Source of the DNA: Chloroflexota bacterium
GTDB lineage: Bacteria > Chloroflexota > Dehalococcoidia > UBA2979
Length of the DNA stretch: 64,000 nucleotides
Direction of reading: 5' to 3'
Assembly: GCA_009840945.1 (NCBI GenBank)
Contig: VXMU01000114.1
Coordinates: 5,718-69,717 of the forward strand
Notes under the pieces: model-generated
What the model was told of the DNA's origin: nothing
Database searches by the model: none
The model's input: the letters and a program-made list of their open reading frames with translations, nothing else
Shown: positions 57,493 to 64,000 of the stretch, in pieces
Numbering within the stretch: position 1 is the first letter of the stretch
How the letters are laid out: each line of letters opens with the position of its first letter
Program-made: the position numbers and the translations under genes

Positions 57493-59451
57493 CTACTCGG
57501 TCGGCTCGAAGCTGAGGATGCCGAAGCCCGTGAGCACGTAGAGCAGCGTGCCGTCCGAGGAGAGGGCGATGCCCCGCAGGTCCGTGAAGGCGGGGTTCGT
57601 GTACTGGCGCAAGAACGCGCCGCCAGGATGGCCGACCACCACGCGACGCCCGCCACGGTCGGCGATGTAGATCGTGTCTGCGTTCGCGGCGAGGCCCACC
57701 GGCGCGTTCAGCACGCGGTCGATGCCCTGGAGCTGCTCGACGCCCTCGCGGCTGCCCTCGAAGCGGCGGACGCCCTCCGTGCCGAGCACGAGGATGTCGC
57801 CATCCACGTAGAGCCCGCTCGACCCGTCGAGCGAGGCGGTCCCGAGCAGGGCGGAGCGCTCGGAGTCGAACCCGCTGCCCGTCGGCAGGTAGCGCCACAC
57901 CTCGCCGTCCTCCGTGTCGAGCACGTACAGGCTCCCGGCGTGCACGGCCAGCGCGTCGATGCTTGCGAGCTCGTCCGCGTCGCGCAGCCGCAGCGCGACG
58001 GGCTCTTCGCCGAGCGCGACGGCGAAGAGCGAGCGCTCCTCGTCGAGCACGAGGAGCCGCTCGGCCATGGCGTCCCAGGCGATCGCAACCGGCGTCGCGG
58101 CGGCGACGCCGCCGTAGCGCTGTCCCGCGCGCAAGGCCTCCTCGACGGCGAAGATCCCGGCGGGGTCCGTGGCCAGCACGCGGCCGAGCGCCGAGTCCAT
58201 CACCCACAGGCGGCGGGATCCCACGGCGAGCGCGTCCGGCGTGAGCGGGTGCGTGATCACACCCTCGAAGCGGACGACCGTCTCGATCTCCACGACCTCG
58301 ATCACGCCATTCACGTCGTCGAGGCGCCGCTGGATGACGCCCTGCAGCTCGACGATGCGCGGGTCCGTGGCGTCGACCGAGCGCGCCTCCTCGAGCTGTC
58401 GGAGCGCGCCGTTGAGGAGCTCGCGTTGCTCCGCGATGTCCGAGGCCTCGCCGGCGCCGGTGAGCAGCTCGCCGGCCTCGGCGAGCCGCGCCTCCAGCCG
58501 GGTGCTCGCGTCCTCTTCGAGCAGCGGCGGGACGAAGATGATGGCGGCGACCACCGCGATGAGCGCCAGCACGCCCGCGCCCAGCCACTTCCACGGCAAC
58601 GGCGGCGACTCGCCCGCCACCCGCTCGCGTCGCAGCGAAGGCAGGCGCCGGCGCTGCGAGAGCGACGTCTCACGCTCGGCCGTCGGCACGACGGTGACGC
58701 GGACCGGCGACTCCTCGGGGTACGGGATCGGCTCCGGCGGCGGGGGCTCCGCGTCCACGGGGGCGTCCTCGACGGACTCGGGGATGGCGGTTGCGGCGGG
58801 AGCGGCCTCGGTCGGGACATCGGCGATGAAGACGGCGTGGACGTCCTGCACGTTGCGCACCTGCAGGAAGAGGTCGCCGAGCAGGCGGTCGCGATGCGAG
58901 CCGAGGACGCGGCCGATCGCGGACGGCCCGGCCTCCGTCTCCGCGAAGCTGCTAAGCAGCAGGATGCTCGTCTCGTCGGTCCGCGCCGCGATGAACTGCG
59001 GCGTGATCTCGCCGTCGCTCCCCAGCGGGCTCGCGGCTGGCTCACCGGCCGTCGTGACGCGCCGCGTGCCGTCGGGGCCGACGAGGTAGACGAGGCCCGG
59101 GCCGGCCTGCGCGATCGTCGCCTCTCCGTCGCGGAGCACGACGCACGTCACGCCGACGGCCACGCGGTGCTCGCGGAGCGAGCGGCGGTTCCACTCGGCC
59201 AGGTTCAGGTGCGCCCGCCGCATCGCGCGGACGAGACCGCCCGTGAGCGAAAGCTCCTCGGAGACGAAGAGGTCGGCGACTGCGCCCGCCACGTCCTCGC
59301 AGAAGCTCGCCGAACGCTCGTCGACGGGTTCGACGAGGACGATGAGCTGGACGACCCGAGGGTCGCCGTCGCGTGTCTGCTCGATGAGCCAGGGGCCGTG
59401 CTCGCGCACGTCGCCCTCGACTATGGCGAATCGGCCGACCCTGATAGCCAT
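57493..59451 (-). CDS. membrane protein with degenerate PP2C-like N-terminal domain, central TM helix and C-terminal beta-propeller-like repeats
   Basis: N-terminal 200 aa resemble the PP2C fold but lack the usual metal-binding Asp motifs; TM LGAGVLALIAVVAAIIFV; C-terminal repeated GxLYVLD-like blades. Confidence 0.45.
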   Translation of the reverse strand: MAIRVGRFAIVEGDVREHGPWLIEQTRDGDPRVVQLIVLVEPVDERSASFCEDVAGAVADLFVSEELSLTGGLVRAMRRAHLNLAEWNRRSLREHRVAVGVTCVVLRDGEATIAQAGPGLVYLVGPDGTRRVTTAGEPAASPLGSDGEITPQFIAARTDETSILLLSSFAETEAGPSAIGRVLGSHRDRLLGDLFLQVRNVQDVHAVFIADVPTEAAPAATAIPESVEDAPVDAEPPPPEPIPYPEESPVRVTVVPTAERETSLSQRRRLPSLRRERVAGESPPLPWKWLGAGVLALIAVVAAIIFVPPLLEEDASTRLEARLAEAGELLTGAGEASDIAEQRELLNGALRQLEEARSVDATDPRIVELQGVIQRRLDDVNGVIEVVEIETVVRFEGVITHPLTPDALAVGSRRLWVMDSALGRVLATDPAGIFAVEEALRAGQRYGGVAAATPVAIAWDAMAERLLVLDEERSLFAVALGEEPVALRLRDADELASIDALAVHAGSLYVLDTEDGEVWRYLPTGSGFDSERSALLGTASLDGSSGLYVDGDILVLGTEGVRRFEGSREGVEQLQGIDRVLNAPVGLAANADTIYIADRGGRRVVVGHPGGAFLRQYTNPAFTDLRGIALSSDGTLLYVLTGFGILSFEPTE

Positions 59452-59642
59452 GTGCCGTACTTGCGCGGGCGGGAAGTGGTTCGTCCGTGACGCGCGGACC
59501 GAAACCGGCCCGCGAACCCTTGAGGACGGACGCCAAGGGCACGATCATGATACGAGCGACCCGGCGGGTGGTCGATCCGGAAGCGCCCCGGCCGCCTCGC
59601 GCGCCCGCGAGGACAGGCCCGACCGGTACGAGGAGTGCGGAC

Positions 59643-60032
59643 ATGGTCTCCGAGAACGATCTGCTGCGACACCGAGCACACGCCGACGCCATCATCGAGC
59701 GCGCCGGCTCGCAGCTCGCGGAGCTGCTCCGGGAGCTCGCGACAGGCATCGACCCGTTCCCGGAGTTCCCCGGCTCGTTCTTCTCCTACGGCATCGAGGT
59801 GGAGCCGCTCTCCGGCGACACGGAGCGCGGGTGCGTGGTGCTGGGCGAGGACGGCGAGCTGTACGAGCTCCAGGTCGGCAGCGAGGTCGACCAGCTCGAC
59901 ACGGACGACCCGGCGACCGGCCGCTCCGAGATGCGCCTCCCCCTCGAGGACCTCGATCCCGCCGCCCACCTCCACTACGCGTACAAGGCCGTGGAGGCCG
60001 CGCTCGCGCACATGGAGAGCGGGAGCCCGTAG
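59643..60032 (+). CDS. hypothetical protein (129 aa)
   Basis: ORF with coding-like codon usage; no motif. Confidence 0.4.
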   Translation: MVSENDLLRHRAHADAIIERAGSQLAELLRELATGIDPFPEFPGSFFSYGIEVEPLSGDTERGCVVLGEDGELYELQVGSEVDQLDTDDPATGRSEMRLPLEDLDPAAHLHYAYKAVEAALAHMESGSP

Positions 60033-60051
60033 GGGGCCCGCCGCGGGCGGA

Positions 60052-60561
60052 CTACTCGGCGGTATAGGTACCCGACCGCCCGCCCGACTTGGCGACGAGC
60101 CGGACGGCCTCGATGCGCATCCCGCGCTCCGCCGACTTGCACATGTCGTAGACAGTCAGCGCGGCGACGCTGACGGCCGTCAGCGCCTCCATCTCCACGC
60201 CCGTCCGCGCCGTCGTCCGCACCGCAGCCTCGATCTCAACGGCGGGGTCGGCGCCCGCCTCGCTTGGCGTCAGGTGGACCTCGACGCCGCTGATGGGGAG
60301 CGGGTGGCAGAGCGGGATCAGCTCGTGCGTGCGCTTGGCGGCCATGATGCCGGCGAGGCGCGCCGTGGCCAGCACGTCGCCCTTCGAGACGCGGCCCTCG
60401 GTGATGAGCGCCAGCGTCTCCGCGCTCATCGCCACCCGCCCGCGCGCCGTGGCCTCGCGGTGCGACTCCGGCTTGTCCGAGACGTCGACCATGCGCGCCT
60501 CTCCGCGCTCGTCGAGGTGGGACAGGGTCGGGCTGCCGTCGGCGGGTGTCGAGGTGGTCAC
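60052..60561 (-). CDS. moaC: cyclic pyranopterin monophosphate synthase accessory protein
   Basis: [30 protein letters not shown] and IPLCHPL motifs; GTG start. Confidence 0.85.
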   Translation of the reverse strand: MTTSTPADGSPTLSHLDERGEARMVDVSDKPESHREATARGRVAMSAETLALITEGRVSKGDVLATARLAGIMAAKRTHELIPLCHPLPISGVEVHLTPSEAGADPAVEIEAAVRTTARTGVEMEALTAVSVAALTVYDMCKSAERGMRIEAVRLVAKSGGRSGTYTAE

Positions 60562-60810
60562 GGGGCGCCTCCGTAGGTTCCGGGTCGCCTCGATTGTAGC
60601 GGCGCGCGAACACCGCAGCCGAGGGTCCAGGGCTCGCTGGGTGCCACGATGACCTACACTCCCCGCCCCGCATGGATGCCCCGAGGTGCGGGGCATACGC
60701 GGGAACGGGTGAGGAAGATCCGCGGGTCAGCGCCATACGATGACGCGCAGGGCGCAATCGCCGCGGACGACCCTCTCCGCGACGGTTGCGTCCACCGAAA
60801 GCAGGCAGGC

Positions 60811-63231
60811 GTGCGCAGGCTGGTCATCGCACTCATCGCCGCCGCGGTCGGCCTCGCCGCGCTCGGCACGGCGCAGCCCTACGGGAGCGCCGAGCCCACG
60901 ACGCCCATCGAGCTGCGCGTGTGGCAGGGCCTCGAGGACCCCACCGACATCGCCATCGGCGCGCGGGCGCCGGAGGGCGTGTGGGGCGAGCTCGGCAGGG
61001 TCCCGCTGCCCCTCGACGGGCGCACCCCGAGCGGCCACTACCGCTACGGCCAGACGACGCTCGAGGTGCCGCTGACGGACTTTGCCCCAGTCGGCGTCGA
61101 GGTGCGGGTGTGGCAGGCGGTGCGCGTACCGCACGTCATCTACGTGAGCGCGCGGGGGGTCGACGGTTCGTGGGACCTCCTCGGCACGTTCCGGTTCCGG
61201 CTTGAGCACGGGGTGCGCCCGGACCTCGGCTACCGCTTCGGCGACATGCGGATCGAGGTGGAGCTGCCGGAGCCGCAGGTCATCACACTGGCGGGCAGCG
61301 CGGGGGAGCAGGGCTCCGCCGACGGTGTAGGGGACGACGCACGCTTCAGGGGCAGTTCCGCGCCATGGGACCTGGGGCTAGACGTAGATGCCGACGGGAA
61401 CGTGATCGTGGCCGACTACTCGAATGCGGCAATCCGTCGCATCGCGCCGGACGGCACGGTCACGACCATTGCGGGCGGCAACGGGCACGGTGTGCGTGAC
61501 GGCCCCGCCGACGTTGCGCAGTTCGCCAACCCTACCGATGTCGCCGTGGCTCCCGACGGTGCGATCTATGTCGCTCAACACCGGAACAACCACATCCGCA
61601 AGATCACCCCCGACGGCATGGTGACCACGCTGGTGGGGGATGGATCGCTATCGTGGAACTCGGTTCCGTCGAGCATACGCGACGGTCACGTCGAGGATGC
61701 CGTCTTCTACCGGATCCGCGCGATCGAGCTCGCGCCGGACGGGGACCTCTACATCATGGAACCGTATAACATCAGGCGCCTCTCCCCGTCCGGGTGGGTC
61801 ACGACCGTCGCGGGCGCCGGGGTGGTCGGCTTCGTCGACGGCCCCGGCCGGAAAGCCCGCTTCCATGGCCTCCGAGACATCGCCCTCGACGCCGCGGGCA
61901 ACCTCTACGTCATCGACTCCAACGACCGATTCCCAGCTCCGGGCGACCAATTCGAGACCATCCGCAAGATCAACGCGAACGGGATCGTGAGTACGCTCTT
62001 CGTCGGCGATCCGTCACAGGCGGGAGGACCGCTGGCATCTCCCGAAGGGATCGCGGTGTCGGCGAGCGGCGAGATCTACATCGCCAACACCGGGCGAAAC
62101 CAGATTGTGCGTCTCACGTCGGACGGAGAGCTGCGCGCGGTCGTGGGCTCGGGCAATGGTGGATTCCGGGACGGGCCCTACAGTGGGGCCGAATTCCTGG
62201 AGCCGGGCGCGCTCGCCTTCGCGCCCGACGGGTCGCTGATCGTCGCCGATCAGGTCGGGACCGTTGTCCGTGCGATCTTGCCGGACGGGGATGGATTCGG
62301 CCCGGGCGTGCCGCTCGTGAACGTCGAGGTCCTTCCACGTGTCGAGGGGGTACAGGTCACGCGGTTGGCGGGACGGGCCGGTGCCTCGAGCTATCGAGGG
62401 GACGGCGGCCCGGCGACTGCAGCGCACCTCAGCGGCGTACGCGGTATCGCGATGGATCAGGCAGGCAACGTATTCGTCGCAGATACCCTGAACGACGCGA
62501 TCCGCCGCATCTCGACCGACGGAACCATCACCACGCTCGCCGGAGGGAACGGGTACGGCACTCGCGATGGGCCGGCGGACCAGGCACAGTTCGAGCGGCC
62601 TGTCCGCGTCGCTGTGGACACGGAGGGCAACGTCTTCGTCTCCGAAGCCTTCAACTCTCCGCTACGCAGGATCGCTCCCGACGGGACTGTGTCGACCCTC
62701 GATGGCCAGATGCTCGGCAACTTTCGCCCCATGGTTGGCCACCCCGACGGGAGCCTGCTCATCGCCCGGTCCGGGTCGATCGTGCGACGCGCGCCCGACG
62801 GAACGATCTCCACGGTCACCACCGGGTCGGGAACCGTATGTGCACTCACTGTCGACCACGAAGGAGCCGTCTTCTTCTCAGTCAACCTGAGCAACGCCGC
62901 CGCCATCAAGAAGGTGACGTTGGCGGGTGACGTCGTGACCCTCTTCGAGGGACGCGCCGGTCGCTACGGCGGCCCGGCGTCGCCATGCATCACCGGGATG
63001 GCGGTGACGCCGGACGGCTCCATCTACCTCGCCGACCGGGACCTCGGGCAGGTGACCCGTATCGACACAAACGGTGCGGCTGCGGTCGTCGCCGACCACG
63101 AGGATTTCGAGGCCCGGACGAACACCTGGCCGACGGGGATCGTCTTCACTCCCGAGGGCGCTCTGATCGTGTCTGACAGGTGGCAGCACGTGATCTGGAA
63201 GATCACGATCGACGAGGACGAGGGGCGTTAG
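60811..63231 (+). CDS. secreted NHL-repeat protein (two six-bladed beta-propellers)
   Basis: GTG start giving the signal peptide VRRLVIALIAAAVGLAALGTA; about 12 repeats of the ...DGxxFxxPxGIAVDxxGNIYVAD... NHL type. Confidence 0.7.
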   Translation: MRRLVIALIAAAVGLAALGTAQPYGSAEPTTPIELRVWQGLEDPTDIAIGARAPEGVWGELGRVPLPLDGRTPSGHYRYGQTTLEVPLTDFAPVGVEVRVWQAVRVPHVIYVSARGVDGSWDLLGTFRFRLEHGVRPDLGYRFGDMRIEVELPEPQVITLAGSAGEQGSADGVGDDARFRGSSAPWDLGLDVDADGNVIVADYSNAAIRRIAPDGTVTTIAGGNGHGVRDGPADVAQFANPTDVAVAPDGAIYVAQHRNNHIRKITPDGMVTTLVGDGSLSWNSVPSSIRDGHVEDAVFYRIRAIELAPDGDLYIMEPYNIRRLSPSGWVTTVAGAGVVGFVDGPGRKARFHGLRDIALDAAGNLYVIDSNDRFPAPGDQFETIRKINANGIVSTLFVGDPSQAGGPLASPEGIAVSASGEIYIANTGRNQIVRLTSDGELRAVVGSGNGGFRDGPYSGAEFLEPGALAFAPDGSLIVADQVGTVVRAILPDGDGFGPGVPLVNVEVLPRVEGVQVTRLAGRAGASSYRGDGGPATAAHLSGVRGIAMDQAGNVFVADTLNDAIRRISTDGTITTLAGGNGYGTRDGPADQAQFERPVRVAVDTEGNVFVSEAFNSPLRRIAPDGTVSTLDGQMLGNFRPMVGHPDGSLLIARSGSIVRRAPDGTISTVTTGSGTVCALTVDHEGAVFFSVNLSNAAAIKKVTLAGDVVTLFEGRAGRYGGPASPCITGMAVTPDGSIYLADRDLGQVTRIDTNGAAAVVADHEDFEARTNTWPTGIVFTPEGALIVSDRWQHVIWKITIDEDEGR

Positions 63232-64000
63232 CCGCCGATGTAGGACATCTCGATGCGGGGGCCGAGGGAGGCGACGTCGGGGGTGGCGGCGGAGCGGAGC
63301 TCCGAGTAGCGGTCGTCGCGGATCCGCCAGACGCCGCGGAGGAGGTCCAGCAACTCCTCGTCGCTCGCGCCGGCGCGCAGCGGCTCGCGCAGGTCCGTGC
63401 CCAGCACCGCGAACAGGCACGTGTACAGCGAGCCGTCCGCCGACAGCCGCGCGCGCGTGCAGTCGCCGCAGAAGGGCGCGGAGACCGAGGTAATGAACCC
63501 CACCTCGCCGTCGCCGTCGAGGTAGCGCCAGCGCCGGGCCACCTCGCCGCGGTACGAGGGCTCCACCGGCTCGATCGGCAGCTCGGCGGCCACGCGCTCG
63601 GCGAGCTCGGCGGCGGGCACGACGTCGTCGAGCACCCAGCCGTTCGTCGCGCCCACGTCCATGTACTCGATGAAGCGCAGGATGTGACCGCTGCCCTTGA
63701 AGTAGCGGGCGAGGTCCACGGCGGTGTGGTCGTTCACGCCGCGCTTGATGACGGCGTTGATCTTGACCGGCCGCAGCCCGGCCGCGGCAGCCGCATCGAT
63801 GCCGTCGAGGACCGTCTGCACGGGCACCTCGACGTCGTTCATGTCGCGGAAGATCGCGTCGTCCAGGGTGTCGAGGGAGACCGTGACGCGGTCGAGGCCG
63901 GCGTCGGCGAGCGGCTGCGCGAGCCGCGTCAGCAGCGAGCCGTTGGTGGTCAGTGCGATGTCTGTATCCGGGGCCGCCTCGCGGAGCTGCGCCACGAGCG
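63228..64000 (-). CDS. moaA: GTP 3',8-cyclase MoaA, C-terminal part (N-terminus lies beyond the window end)
   Basis: C-terminal MoaA motifs LTTNGSLL, VSLDTL and the C-terminal Fe-S cysteines FCGDCTRARLSADGSLYTCL; ORF open at 64000. Confidence 0.85.
   Translation of the reverse strand, partial: LVAQLREAAPDTDIALTTNGSLLTRLAQPLADAGLDRVTVSLDTLDDAIFRDMNDVEVPVQTVLDGIDAAAAAGLRPVKINAVIKRGVNDHTAVDLARYFKGSGHILRFIEYMDVGATNGWVLDDVVPAAELAERVAAELPIEPVEPSYRGEVARRWRYLDGDGEVGFITSVSAPFCGDCTRARLSADGSLYTCLFAVLGTDLREPLRAGASDEELLDLLRGVWRIRDDRYSELRSAATPDVASLGPRIEMSYIGG

Overview
This 64 kb window is chromosomal DNA at roughly 70% GC from a monoderm-like, F420-using lineage. The gene content and the TAT-signal lipoproteins suggest Actinobacteria or Thermomicrobia-type Chloroflexi, but I cannot pin the taxon from sequence alone. 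Most of the window is housekeeping. Recognisable genes are an inositol monophosphatase, thyX, dut, nfo, plsY, sufU, nuoI plus a nuoG-like gene, pyrE-like, the two ADP-forming acetyl-CoA synthetase subunits, pth, mfd, lysA, holB, ricT, a mutY-like glycosylase, tsaD, moaC and moaA (cut by the window end), an aquaporin and an MFS transporter. Between these sit several accessory or unusual features. The main ones are: (1) a hicA/hicB toxin-antitoxin cassette flanked by imperfect direct repeats that duplicate the 5' end of the downstream yceI-like gene; (2) a sharply low-GC islet (~45-57% GC) carrying a membrane protein, next to a small Xis/MerR-like HTH gene and a DUF3267 membrane metalloprotease-like gene; (3) tRNA-Pro(GGG) immediately followed by a relic of an ABC substrate-binding-protein gene fused to half a terminator; (4) an LRR lipoprotein; (5) a tandem array of three ~2.1 kb units, each encoding a TAT-lipoprotein family-5 SBP with its own promoter and hairpin terminator, with no permease or ATPase genes nearby; (6) a WxWxIP-motif flavin-dependent halogenase-family gene; (7) tandem DUF402 paralogs; (8) a small-protein/retropepsin-like aspartyl protease pair with GTGA coupling; (9) two copies of a modular palindromic intergenic repeat. 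There is no CRISPR array, no rRNA and no intact transposase or integrase. The many very long antisense ORFs in the six-frame track are high-GC artefacts. Start codons were chosen by homology and frame reasoning only. No database searches were run.
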